Positions 8,938 through 17,989 of a stretch of 56,871 nt of DNA are shown piece by piece (within the stretch, counting starts at the first letter, position 1; every line of letters begins with the position of its first letter). The DNA is taken from contig CALGNJ010000007.1 of NCBI GenBank assembly GCA_937958705.1, positions 1 to 56,871 of the forward strand. Reading direction: 5' to 3'. The position numbers and the translations under genes are program-made. Below the pieces are notes generated by a model. That model was not told the DNA's origin and ran no database searches. It saw only the letters and a list, made by a program, of their open reading frames with translations. This stretch comes from Minisyncoccota bacterium. GTDB lineage: Bacteria; Patescibacteriota; Minisyncoccia; Phycocordibacterales; GCA-2747955.

Positions 8938-10677
8938 ATGGAAAAACACGATAACCTTTACAAAATCCGCCATTCATTTGCGCACGTACTAGCTATTGCA
9001 GTGCTTGATACCTACCCTGATGCAAAGCTCGCGATTGGACCAGCAATTGATACCGGGTTCTACTACGATATTGATTTTGGCGACGCAAAAATCTCTGATG
9101 ATCACCTGAAAGACCTCCAAAAGAAAATGAAAAAACTAGCCGGTCGTGGGTTGGAATTTTCTGGACGAGTAGTTACAACCAAAGAAGCTCTAGAGCACTA
9201 CAAAGATAACCCGTATAAATCTGAACTTATCAATGAGTTTGCAGCCGAAGATAAAGAGTTAACTCTCTACAACACAGGTGATATTTTTGTAGACCTTTGT
9301 GCAGGTGGACATGTTGAAAACACGAAAGAACTCCCTCTTGATGCATTCAAACTAGACAAAGTTGCTGGTGCGTACTGGCGAGGAGATGAGAAAAATAAAA
9401 TGCTTACTCGTATCTATGGACTGGCATTTGAAAACAAAGAAGGACTCGTGGCGCACCAGGCAATGATTGCTGAGGCAAAAAAGAGAGACCACCGGAAGCT
9501 TGGTAAAGAACTTGGTCTCTTCACCTTCTCAGAGCTAGTTGGTCCCGGACTTCCCCTGTGGACACCAAAAGGAACAATGCTCCGAAAAACTATTGATGAC
9601 TTTGTACAAGAACTTCGTGCAGAGAAAGGGTATAACCCAGTGACGATTCCCCACATCACAAAAGCTGATTTATATAAAACGTCAGGACACTACGACAAAT
9701 TCGCAGACGACTTGTTCAAGGTAGTTTCTCGAGAAGGAAAAGACTACTTCTTGAAACCAATGAACTGCCCTCACCACACACAAATCTTTGATGCAGAGCC
9801 ACGTTCATACAAAGCAATGCCTCAACGGTATTCAGACACCACTATGGTGTATCGAGACGAACAGTCTGGAGAGCTTGGTGGATTAACTCGTGTGCTCTCT
9901 ATCACCCAAGATGATGCTCATATCTTCTGTCGTGACAACCAAATCAAAGAAGAGATGAACGGTGTATGGGATATCGTAGACAAATTCTACTCTGCATTTG
10001 GATTTACTCTCAAGGTACGATTGTCATTTCATGATCCAGAGAATATGGATGCATATCTTGGTACTCCAGAAATCTGGAAAGCATCTGAGGATGCGCTAAG
10101 AGAGATTGCTGAGGAACGAGGAGTGGAAGCATTTGTAGGTGTCGGAGAAGCTGCACTGTACGGGCCCAAGCTTGACTTTATGGCTCTGGATTCACTTGGT
10201 CGAACGCACCAGGTTGCAACGATCCAGCTTGACCGTAACTTACCAGAACGATTTGATCTGACATGTATCAACGAAGAGGGAGAAAAAGAGCGAATTGTAA
10301 TGATTCATGCAGCAATCGCAGGATCACTAGAGCGATTCTCTGGAGTAATGATTGAACACACAGCAGGTAACTTCCCTCTGCGTTTCTCACCAACCCAAGT
10401 TGCGGTAATCCCGATTGCGGAACCACATAACGAATACGCACAACGCGTACACAACCAATTAGTTGAGGCTGGATTTAGAACCAGTATTGATACATCAAAG
10501 GATGGATTTGGTAAAAAAGTTCGTGCAGCTAAAAAAGAAAAGCTTCCATACTTTATTGTCATCGGAGACCAAGATATTGAGGCCGGTAAAGTTACTCTCG
10601 AGTCTCGAGCCACGGGAGAGTCAGAACAACTCACTATTGAACAAGTGCTAGAGAAATTTAAAAAAGAAGTACAATAA
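8938..10677 (+). CDS. thrS: Threonine--tRNA ligase (short form without the N-terminal TGS domain)
   Basis: Starts at the editing/second-additional domain (RHSFAHVLA). Class II motifs and an anticodon-binding C-terminus. Confidence 0.93.
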   Translation: MEKHDNLYKIRHSFAHVLAIAVLDTYPDAKLAIGPAIDTGFYYDIDFGDAKISDDHLKDLQKKMKKLAGRGLEFSGRVVTTKEALEHYKDNPYKSELINEFAAEDKELTLYNTGDIFVDLCAGGHVENTKELPLDAFKLDKVAGAYWRGDEKNKMLTRIYGLAFENKEGLVAHQAMIAEAKKRDHRKLGKELGLFTFSELVGPGLPLWTPKGTMLRKTIDDFVQELRAEKGYNPVTIPHITKADLYKTSGHYDKFADDLFKVVSREGKDYFLKPMNCPHHTQIFDAEPRSYKAMPQRYSDTTMVYRDEQSGELGGLTRVLSITQDDAHIFCRDNQIKEEMNGVWDIVDKFYSAFGFTLKVRLSFHDPENMDAYLGTPEIWKASEDALREIAEERGVEAFVGVGEAALYGPKLDFMALDSLGRTHQVATIQLDRNLPERFDLTCINEEGEKERIVMIHAAIAGSLERFSGVMIEHTAGNFPLRFSPTQVAVIPIAEPHNEYAQRVHNQLVEAGFRTSIDTSKDGFGKKVRAAKKEKLPYFIVIGDQDIEAGKVTLESRATGESEQLTIEQVLEKFKKEVQ

Positions 10678-10720
10678 AAAATATTAAAAACGATGCGACG
10701 CATCGTTTTTAATATTTTTT
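10676..10720. terminator. Bidirectional intrinsic terminator between thrS and the convergent methyltransferase gene
   Basis: ~20-bp perfect palindrome aaaaaatattaaaaacgatgcg/cgcatcgtttttaatatttttt. Confidence 0.8.
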
Positions 10721-10737
10721 ATACATACCTTCACTTC

Positions 10738-11484
10738 TTACTTCTTTTGTAAGTATGCAATCCAGAATGCTCGTTTATAGGTTCGGTCTTGAAAACGTGT
10801 GTAATGGAACTCTTTTGATAGTTTTAAAATAGTAAAGTGCGCTCCATATAATTCTTTAAAATCTGCTTCGGTGAATACTCGCTCCGTGAGACCAAGGTCT
10901 GGCATGGTGTATGTGTCTTTCTCACCTTCTTTTCCAGGAAATTCTTTTACCAATGATTTGGCATTCGAATCTGCATCTTTACAAAGTGCCCTGACAAAAA
11001 ATAGTCCTCCCTTCTTTAGGACCCTAGATGTTTCTGATAGATATACTGATCGCTCTGTCTCGTTGAGTGAGTTTGAACTTGTTACATCAAGAACAATGTC
11101 TATTGAATTTGTCTCTAGTGCAAGTTTTTCTCCTATTGATCCCAGTTCGTAATGCAGTGATCCTCTTGCTACGCGTATTTCTCGATCTTTGACTTGTGCC
11201 GATTTAATTGCCGTTTCTACAGCATTCCTCGCGATTTCTATTCCAAGTACATTTCCTCCTCTTTCCGCGCAATATAGAGCGTTTTTACCCTCTCCAGAAC
11301 CTAAATCAAGGATGTTCATACCTTGAAACACAAACCCGTCACTAGTTTGGTCTTCAGCAGTCCGTTTTTTTCTCTCCTCTTTTTTAAACCATTTTACAAA
11401 ACCACGAAAAGACGCTGCAGGTTTGTCACCGCCTACTAGTTTCTTTTCATCATATTCTTTTTCCCAGATGTCTTGTTGTGCCAT
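10738..11484 (-). CDS. Class I SAM-dependent methyltransferase
   Basis: ILDLGSGEGKNALY motif I and a Rossmann-like pattern. Confidence 0.8.
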   Translation of the reverse strand: MAQQDIWEKEYDEKKLVGGDKPAASFRGFVKWFKKEERKKRTAEDQTSDGFVFQGMNILDLGSGEGKNALYCAERGGNVLGIEIARNAVETAIKSAQVKDREIRVARGSLHYELGSIGEKLALETNSIDIVLDVTSSNSLNETERSVYLSETSRVLKKGGLFFVRALCKDADSNAKSLVKEFPGKEGEKDTYTMPDLGLTERVFTEADFKELYGAHFTILKLSKEFHYTRFQDRTYKRAFWIAYLQKK

Positions 11485-11603
11485 ATTAATTTATTTCTAC
11501 AGATTTACTAGTTCCAACCAGTGTACACCACACCAACCCCTTCCACAAAAACCATACTTGTTTATCGATGATATTGATATCAACACATCTCATTTTTGTG
11601 AGT

Positions 11604-12182
11604 TTACTTTTTTAAGCCACGGCCGTGGCTTAAAAAAGTATTTGTTTTAGAAATGCATGCAAATATAGATTCCTCCATCCGTAAACGCCCCGCCACTATT
11701 GCCAATTCATCTCTTATATCTCCCTCAAATAACCAGACAGATTGGTGAAGGTACACACATCCGATTTTCTTTAAGAAATTTCTAAACAAATCTCTTTTAA
11801 CTCTTTGTGTCTCTGGTACATCAAAACTTATAAGAGTACAAATACCTGCCTTTTTGTCTCTTTGTTGAATAGTCATGACAATATCCAAGCCAAAAGCTTG
11901 ACCGAGTTGTTTGCCGTACTTGGTAAGTCTCACTGATTTCTTATCCCCTGATTCACAAAATTCTATAATCCCTTTCTGTACTAATCTCGGCAAAAGTCCG
12001 TAGTAAATATTATCTCTTTTAGGAGGCTTATTCTTATATTTTATTGGTCCAAATGAGGAAAATAAACCAGGAGTTAATACCGCTAAAGTCATTACCCCAC
12101 TCACTAGTAATATTTTAATCAGCACTCTCTCAGCAATACCCAAACGATCAACTTTCTCTAATATAAAATCTAAATTATCCAT
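11604..12182 (-). CDS. PaaX-C/Cas2-fold domain protein with an N-terminal TM helix and a wHTH-like segment
   Basis: CTLISFDVPETQRVKRDLFRNFLKKIGCVYLHQSVWLF resembles the Cas2/PaaX_C beta-alpha-beta core. The last 12 codons lie inside a palindrome. Confidence 0.6.
   Translation of the reverse strand: MDNLDFILEKVDRLGIAERVLIKILLVSGVMTLAVLTPGLFSSFGPIKYKNKPPKRDNIYYGLLPRLVQKGIIEFCESGDKKSVRLTKYGKQLGQAFGLDIVMTIQQRDKKAGICTLISFDVPETQRVKRDLFRNFLKKIGCVYLHQSVWLFEGDIRDELAIVAGRLRMEESIFACISKTNTFLSHGRGLKK
11605..11640. repeat. 36-bp perfect palindrome TACTTTTTTAAGCCACGG/CCGTGGCTTAAAAAAGTA (copy 1)
   Basis: Read directly from the sequence. It overlaps the 3' end of the 11604-12182 ORF. Confidence 0.9.
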
Positions 12183-12236
12183 GCGTTAGACTTTCGCACA
12201 TAAACTATTTCCATGCTTTGCCGTGTTCAATCTCGA

Positions 12237-12272
12237 TACTTTTTTAAGCCACAGCCGTGGTTTAAAAAAGTA
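12237..12272. repeat. Second copy of the 36-bp palindrome (2 substitutions)
   Basis: tacttttttaagccacAgccgtggTttaaaaaagta, 55 nt upstream of the same ORF. Confidence 0.9.
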
Positions 12273-12295
12273 TCTTGCCGGATATATAAAAAACA

Positions 12296-12330
12296 TAAAA
12301 GCGAAGATATGGCCTTCGCTTTTTTATTTT
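12296..12330 (-). terminator. Intrinsic terminator of the BI-1 family gene
   Basis: aaaagcgaag/cttcgctttt hairpin. Confidence 0.7.
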
Positions 12331-12349
12331 TATATATTCATTTGAATGA

Positions 12350-13042
12350 TTACTCTCCTCCGAAAAACCCTCCAAGCTTAAGTAAAGACTGGAACATCAC
12401 AAGCAGGTTCACGTACATATGTAGGGCACCTAGTGTTGCATATTTTGCTTTGTCTTCATCTGTTTCTAATCGTGGAAATAGGTTTTTGTAGTACTGTGCG
12501 TCGTATACCGTTAGTGCTGCAAACGCGACCATCGCAACAGCTGAAACGATCAGGTCTAGTCCATAACTTTGTACAAACACCATGTTAATGATAGATACAA
12601 TAACCACACCCCATACTGCTGTAAACAAGAATGTTGACCATCCTGACATATCGTACTTGGTTCGGTATCCAAGTAGAGCAAGTGAAGCAAATACCAACAC
12701 CGCTGCTACAAATACTCCAACAAGCAACATCGGGCTAGTTGAAAGATACACCGCGATTAATCCCGAAATAGTAACTCCTGAAAGTGCTGCATATACAAAG
12801 TACAAGAAGAACGACCATTGATATGGCAACTTGTTAATTAAGAATTGAATTGCTAGTAATAAAATAAAGTGGATTCCTACAAGTCCATAGAAAATAACTT
12901 GTGAACCGAACACGATGTCACCAAACGATGTCATCAAGGTCAGGTAACATGTGATAGCAGAAACTAATACTCCTGCTGCCATCCACTTATAAATTGATCC
13001 GAAAAATTGATTTACTGTATTCATGCTTAAATTATACACCAA
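12350..13042 (-). CDS. Bax inhibitor-1/YccA family membrane protein
   Basis: 7-TM pattern, typical length and the C-terminal DEDKAKY..GAL.LY.N motif. Confidence 0.8.
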   Translation of the reverse strand: MVYNLSMNTVNQFFGSIYKWMAAGVLVSAITCYLTLMTSFGDIVFGSQVIFYGLVGIHFILLLAIQFLINKLPYQWSFFLYFVYAALSGVTISGLIAVYLSTSPMLLVGVFVAAVLVFASLALLGYRTKYDMSGWSTFLFTAVWGVVIVSIINMVFVQSYGLDLIVSAVAMVAFAALTVYDAQYYKNLFPRLETDEDKAKYATLGALHMYVNLLVMFQSLLKLGGFFGGE

Positions 13043-13046
13043 ATTA

Positions 13047-14201
13047 TTAATTGATTATTCCTCCTCCGATACACTGAGCATCTTTGTATAGAACGATTGA
13101 TTGCCCTTTTGCTACTGCATTGTGAGGTCTGTCGAAAGTCACTACGTATTTCTTTTTACCGCAGCTTCGTCCAATGTGTGAAAATGTAACTGTGCACCCA
13201 ATAAGTTCACCTCGATACCGAATACGGCCCTCATATTTCACATCCTCCTCTGGCTCACCTGAGATCCAGTTAGTATCTGTAATTTTGATTTCGTTTGAAT
13301 ACTCTTTATTTGATTCTTCAAGTAATGCTTTGGGACCAACGGTAATTGTATTTGCTTCTTGGTCACGGTCTGTCACATATAGTTTTGGCATGTCGGGTGT
13401 TTTTGCTTTTGGGAAAATCTCAAATCCGTGCCTCTCTCCTTTGGTATAAAATAGTGCTCCATCGTGTGACCCAATCACTTCTCCCTTTTCGTTTAAAACA
13501 TTTCCTGGATTTTTGTCTATAAATTCTTGTAAGAAATCTTTCATTCTTACTTTACCCACAAAACACAAACCCTGAGAATCTTTCTTGCCTGCGGTAAATA
13601 AATCATATTTTTCTGCAATTTTTCGAACCTTTGATTTTGGGTATGCACCAATTGGAAATAATACTTTGGCCAGCTTGTCTTGCGGCATGGTGTACAAAAA
13701 GTATGTTTGATCTTTATTGTCATCGTTTCCTTTATGCATTTCAAACAGCCCTGTCTTATTGTTAAAAATATTTCTTGAATAGTGGCCTGTCGCGACGTAA
13801 TCAGCACCGTTTTTTAATGCAAAATCTAAGAACCCACCAAACTTTACGTACTTGTTACAAAACACATCTGGGTTTGGTGTCTCTCCTTTTTTATACGTAT
13901 CAATCATGTAGTCAAATACTTCTTGTTTGTATTCTTTCTCAAGATCTAGGTCCAGAAATGGGACATCTAATTTTTGACATACTGCCAGTGCATCAAGTCG
14001 TTCGTCGCGCCAGTCGCACCCGAGAAAATCTGGATGATATACCTTGATAAACACACCCGTTACGTCAAACCCAGCATCTTTGAGCAGTGCCAAAGAAACT
14101 GAACTATCTACTCCACCTGAAACACCCACAAAGACTTTCTTAACAGTTCCGTCTTTGTTTTTGGGGTTTGGGATATAGTTTTTTGGTTTGTTCCAAAACA
14201 T
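13047..14201 (-). CDS. mnmA: tRNA 2-thiouridine(34) synthase MnmA
   Basis: VGVSGGVDSSVS PP-loop and DSQGLCF. ATG at 14201 preferred; the upstream ORF extension crosses a terminator hairpin. Confidence 0.92.
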   Translation of the reverse strand: MFWNKPKNYIPNPKNKDGTVKKVFVGVSGGVDSSVSLALLKDAGFDVTGVFIKVYHPDFLGCDWRDERLDALAVCQKLDVPFLDLDLEKEYKQEVFDYMIDTYKKGETPNPDVFCNKYVKFGGFLDFALKNGADYVATGHYSRNIFNNKTGLFEMHKGNDDNKDQTYFLYTMPQDKLAKVLFPIGAYPKSKVRKIAEKYDLFTAGKKDSQGLCFVGKVRMKDFLQEFIDKNPGNVLNEKGEVIGSHDGALFYTKGERHGFEIFPKAKTPDMPKLYVTDRDQEANTITVGPKALLEESNKEYSNEIKITDTNWISGEPEEDVKYEGRIRYRGELIGCTVTFSHIGRSCGKKKYVVTFDRPHNAVAKGQSIVLYKDAQCIGGGIIN

Positions 14202-14211
14202 GGTGGGATTA

Positions 14212-14240
14212 TAGCAAAAGAGCGACGCTGCGCGTCGCCC
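14212..14240 (-). terminator. Intrinsic terminator (gcgacg/cgtcgc) downstream of the 14245-14484 ORF
   Basis: GC stem followed on the minus strand by tcttttgct. Confidence 0.55.
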
Positions 14241-14244
14241 CTTC

Positions 14245-14484
14245 TCATACTGCTTGCTCCTGCCTAAGATATTTAATATTAAGCTTGCTGATGGATTCTG
14301 CTCTTTTGATAAGTCCGCAGTTAATCCAATCAATCATCTCTTGATGTTTTTCATGGCTAGATTTTGTCATATCCATGGTTAATTTTCCACCAAATATGAT
14401 GGCGCTCTCACGATCTTTTCCAGCCACCAACTGAACCATAGCCACCTGGTCTAAGCCACAATACTCAAAGATGAATTCAAACAT
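14245..14484 (-). CDS. Hypothetical small protein
   Basis: ORF followed by a terminator. No recognisable motif. Confidence 0.4.
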   Translation of the reverse strand: MFEFIFEYCGLDQVAMVQLVAGKDRESAIIFGGKLTMDMTKSSHEKHQEMIDWINCGLIKRAESISKLNIKYLRQEQAV

Positions 14485-14507
14485 CTTTGCATTACTTCGC
14501 TCGGATT

Positions 14508-14609
14508 CTATACTTCACTCTTTGAAAGAAGAGTGCCGGCCTCACACCTGCTTGAAAGATCAAGAAGGACATCTTTTTGCTTACTCATTATCTCTTTAAG
14601 TGTATACAT
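14508..14609 (-). CDS. Possible 33-aa micro-ORF (MYTLKEIMSKQKDVLLDLSSRCEAGTLLSKSEV)
   Basis: aaggag SD 7 nt upstream of the ATG and a TATAAT-like box upstream. The region also folds into two hairpins, so it may be RNA instead. Confidence 0.25.
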   Translation of the reverse strand: MYTLKEIMSKQKDVLLDLSSRCEAGTLLSKSEV

Positions 14610-14716
14610 GTTTTACTCCTTTTGTTGCTTCAAATTTTATTATACAACAAACTTGTGAAAAAACAATATCTATGTTTTCTATTTGTATCGATCTAAATTT
14701 CTTAAATGAGATGTAT

Positions 14717-14800
14717 TTCGAGGAGACAAGAGAAAATCCACCAAGTCGTACAAATGTACGGTGAAGGTGGATTTTCTCGAAGGCAACAAAGAAAGACGCT
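14717..14800 (-). repeat. ~85-nt hairpin repeat, copy 2, immediately 3' of the pepA stop
   Basis: 13-bp outer stem (14730-14742/14766-14778) enclosing the cgtacaaatgtacg hairpin. About 80% identical to 16737-16820. Confidence 0.8.
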
Positions 14801-14812
14801 CATTTTAGGGAT

Positions 14813-16189
14813 TTATCTATAGTTTTTTACGAATTCTACGAGTAATCGTACCGGCTCTCCTGTCGCACCCTTCTCTAAGTGGTCATGTCCTGATGATTCC
14901 ATCCGAGGAGCAATATCTAAGTGAACCCAGTCAGTCTTCTTCAGGTCTTTAGCAAACTCAGCCAAGAACATACCTGCTGTAATACAACCTCCATATCGTG
15001 TCTTTCCAATATTCATAATATCCGCAAATGGAGCTTTGATGTCAGCTTCAAATTCTTCCCATGTAGGAAGCGGCCATACGTAATCTCCGACTTTCTCACC
15101 TACTGTTCTGAATGTGTCTTCAAGCTCTCGGTTCTTTGTCATGACTACAGAAGCTTTGTCTCCAACCGCCACTAGTGATGCACCTGTAAGAGTTGCCATA
15201 TCAACAAGAATCTTTGGATTGTATCGCTTGGCGTATGTGATTGAATCTGCAAGAACCAATCTTCCCTCTGCATCAGTGTTACCTATTTGGACCGTACGTC
15301 CTGACATTGACTTAATGATGTCTCCCGGCCGGTATGATGCTCCTGAAATCGCATTTTCTACTGCTGGAACAATAGCAATAATATTTTTCTTTACACCTAG
15401 TTTCACTAGCGCTTGGAGTGCAGAAAGTGCAACTGCTCCCCCTGTCATATCCATCGCCATTTCATCCATTGATTTCCCTGGCTTGAGGTTCAGGCCTCCT
15501 GTATCAAATGTGATTCCTTTTCCAAGAAGTACAATTGGTCGTGCTGTCTTGGCACCCCCTTTGTATTCCACGATAATAAATTTTGATTTCTCAACCGACC
15601 CCTGCCCTACTGCGAGAAACAAATTCATCTTAAGTTTCTTTGCATCTACTTCTTCAAAAACTTTTACGCGAACATTTTTTACTCCTTTAAACATCTTCTT
15701 TGCTTCGCCAGCAAGAATAGATGGTGTCATCCGTCCTCCTGGTGCATTAGCAAGATCTCGTGCATGGTTAACACTCCTGGCTACGAGCTCTCCTTCTTTT
15801 GCAGCTTTTTTGTAAGAAGGCTGCAGTCGCCCCACTATTTGAAACTCTTTGATATTGGGTTTTTTCTCGGACATGAATTTGTCATATCGATACTGTCCAA
15901 TAATAAGGTTGCTTGTCAGTAGGTGTGCTTTCTCTTCTTTGGAGGTGTCAGCAACATCAAATTTTGCAATATCTGCAAATGCGATACACACTTTTTCAAT
16001 TTTATGTGACTTCGCACGCTCCACAATAGAACGCACAAGTGTGATATATCCGCGACGTGAGTATTCTTTTTCAACCTTAAAATTCAAATATAACTTTGAT
16101 TTTGCATCTGACTTTTTGTCAGAATCTTTCGTATATAAATTGATTTGTCTGAATCCTTTCTTGGGTGTCTCTTGATACGTAATTTTCAT
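14813..16189 (-). CDS. pepA: Leucyl aminopeptidase (M17)
   Basis: GKGITFDTGGLNLKPG and NTDAEGRLVLAD motifs. Confidence 0.93.
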   Translation of the reverse strand: MKITYQETPKKGFRQINLYTKDSDKKSDAKSKLYLNFKVEKEYSRRGYITLVRSIVERAKSHKIEKVCIAFADIAKFDVADTSKEEKAHLLTSNLIIGQYRYDKFMSEKKPNIKEFQIVGRLQPSYKKAAKEGELVARSVNHARDLANAPGGRMTPSILAGEAKKMFKGVKNVRVKVFEEVDAKKLKMNLFLAVGQGSVEKSKFIIVEYKGGAKTARPIVLLGKGITFDTGGLNLKPGKSMDEMAMDMTGGAVALSALQALVKLGVKKNIIAIVPAVENAISGASYRPGDIIKSMSGRTVQIGNTDAEGRLVLADSITYAKRYNPKILVDMATLTGASLVAVGDKASVVMTKNRELEDTFRTVGEKVGDYVWPLPTWEEFEADIKAPFADIMNIGKTRYGGCITAGMFLAEFAKDLKKTDWVHLDIAPRMESSGHDHLEKGATGEPVRLLVEFVKNYR

Positions 16190-16225
16190 AATTTTTTCTA
16201 ATTTGGTAGTAATCCGGAAGTCTCC

Positions 16226-16639
16226 CTAGAATAACATTTTTCCTAAAACGAATATAATGATCCAAGCACTTGTAGAAACAAGTCCGCTGATCATAAGTAC
16301 CTGCTTCTCTTTTCTTGATAACTCCTTAAATGGTTTTTCAAAAGAAAGATGCATATGTTTACCAATCAGATATGCATTAATAACTAACATGGCTACAAAA
16401 AACATCTTTGTGCCAAATACATAATTTTTAAAGAGTGCCTCGGTTCCATATCCGTAGGCCATATACCCGCCCGTGAGGATCATCCCGACAAGACCAATAG
16501 ATACAAGCCAGTGTAATACTGTAAAAAGTTTCTTTGAAAGTTGTTGCTTTCTTCCAAGCAGCCAAAGTAGTCCGTTAAAGTCTGAAAAAATAATGACTAA
16601 GATTGTAAGAGATAAAATTGTGAGATGGATAGTTAACAT
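16226..16639 (-). CDS. Membrane protein (4 TM), unknown function
   Basis: ATG at 16639 lies downstream of a terminator. The longer tracked ORF runs through non-coding elements. Confidence 0.6.
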   Translation of the reverse strand: MLTIHLTILSLTILVIIFSDFNGLLWLLGRKQQLSKKLFTVLHWLVSIGLVGMILTGGYMAYGYGTEALFKNYVFGTKMFFVAMLVINAYLIGKHMHLSFEKPFKELSRKEKQVLMISGLVSTSAWIIIFVLGKMLF

Positions 16640-16653
16640 AAAATTATTGTAAC

Positions 16654-16684
16654 AAAAGGGTGACGCGCAAGCGTCACCCTTTTG
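16654..16684 (-). terminator. Intrinsic terminator after msrAB plus repeat
   Basis: aaaagggtgacgc/gcgtcaccctttt 13-bp stem. Confidence 0.8.
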
Positions 16685-16736
16685 TCTTTCTAGATTATTC
16701 GTAATGGAGTGTCTGTAGAGGAAAAAAGAGATAAAG

Positions 16737-16820
16737 TTCGAGGAGATAAGGGAGAATCTACGGAGTCGTACAAATGTACGGTGAGGTAGATTTTCTCGAC
16801 GGCGCCAAAGAAATTTGCTC
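16737..16820 (-). repeat. ~85-nt hairpin repeat, copy 3, immediately 3' of the msrAB stop
   Basis: Same architecture as 14717-14800, with stem changes ccacc:ggtgg to ctac:gtag. Confidence 0.8.
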
Positions 16821-16824
16821 TTTT

Positions 16825-17979
16825 TTACTCTACAAACTGGATGTAATCGGCATAACCTGCAGCTTCCATCTCTTCGAGCGGAATAAAAGTCATTGCGGCA
16901 CCATTCATACACCACCTCTGCCCTGTTGATGGTGTACCATCCTCATTGAATCTGGGCCCGTCATTAAATACATGTCCAATATGATTATCACCATATTTCG
17001 ACCTAACCTCTGTCCTGGCAATAAGTAACTTCCTATCAGTCTTAGTCACAATAAAATCTTGTGAAATTGGCCGGACAAACGATGGCCATCCTGTCCCTGA
17101 ATCAAATTTGTCTTTAGAGGAATATAGAGGCTCTCCTGACAACACATCAACAAAAATCCCCGCCCTCTTCTCATCATCCAGGTTCCCTGGAGTAAACGGT
17201 CTCTCTGTTCCTTCTTTTTGTGTAACCTTATACTCTAACTCTGACAACTGTCCTCTCAATTCTTTATCTGAAGGTTTCTGGTATCCTGACCATGGATTAT
17301 CTACTAATCCGTCTGGAATAACCTCAAAATCTTCACGCTCTCCCCACACTGAATTAATATATTTGTCACGTCCTGAACCTTTTCTGTATGTCTTATATCG
17401 AAGCGAGTTCTTTTTGTAATAATCTTGGTGATAATCTTCTGCAACCCAAAATTTGGCGTCTCTCTCAACTGCAGTAACAATTGGTTTTGGGAATACGTTA
17501 TCGTCTGTAAGTTGTTTGATCACTTGCCATGCAATTTGCTCTTCTTGATCGTTTTGTGGATAGATAGCTGACGTGTACGAATGCCCTCTGTCAAAGAATG
17601 ACCCTCCCGCGTCTGTTGGATCATGATGTCGGAAGAAATATTCAACTAAATCTTGATATGAGATCACGCTCGGATCGTACTGAACCTCAACAGCTTCTCT
17701 GTGGTCTGCATGATTCTGATAACTTGGGTTATCAGTCTCGCCTCCCATATATCCAGAGATCACAGCCTTAATTCCAGCAAACTTTTCAAAGTCTGACTCC
17801 ACACACCAAAAGCACCCTCCAGCGAAATATGCAGTCTTGATGCCTTCTGGGACCGCTCTCTGTGTCGTTGTTGGTGACGTTGCTCGCATATATGTGTTTA
17901 ATAAAACCCACCCTACAAATACTATAAGTAGCAGTATGAATAATGATATATATGGTTTTTGCATAAGTAGGTTTTTCAT
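16825..17979 (-). CDS. msrAB: Membrane-anchored bifunctional peptide-methionine (S)/(R)-S-oxide reductase MsrA-MsrB
   Basis: N-terminal TM anchor, GGCFWC (MsrA), and GTGWPSF plus HIGHVFNDGP (MsrB). Confidence 0.92.
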   Translation of the reverse strand: MKNLLMQKPYISLFILLLIVFVGWVLLNTYMRATSPTTTQRAVPEGIKTAYFAGGCFWCVESDFEKFAGIKAVISGYMGGETDNPSYQNHADHREAVEVQYDPSVISYQDLVEYFFRHHDPTDAGGSFFDRGHSYTSAIYPQNDQEEQIAWQVIKQLTDDNVFPKPIVTAVERDAKFWVAEDYHQDYYKKNSLRYKTYRKGSGRDKYINSVWGEREDFEVIPDGLVDNPWSGYQKPSDKELRGQLSELEYKVTQKEGTERPFTPGNLDDEKRAGIFVDVLSGEPLYSSKDKFDSGTGWPSFVRPISQDFIVTKTDRKLLIARTEVRSKYGDNHIGHVFNDGPRFNEDGTPSTGQRWCMNGAAMTFIPLEEMEAAGYADYIQFVE

Positions 17980-17989
17980 AAGTTGGTAA

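Noticed and set aside
11605-12272. 36-bp palindromes read as ordinary rho-independent terminators.
   Set aside because: On both strands the T-run is 5' of the stem and the A-run is 3'. No U-tract follows the hairpin.
15114-15815. 233-aa plus-strand ORF.
   Set aside because: It is antisense to pepA, which has clear M17 motifs. The translation is Ser/Pro/Ala/Phe-rich, as is typical of shadow frames.
16640-16915. N-terminal extension of the 16226-16915 ORF.
   Set aside because: It runs through a 13-bp-stem terminator, the ~85-nt repeat and the 3' end of msrAB. The internal ATG at 16639 gives a coherent membrane protein.
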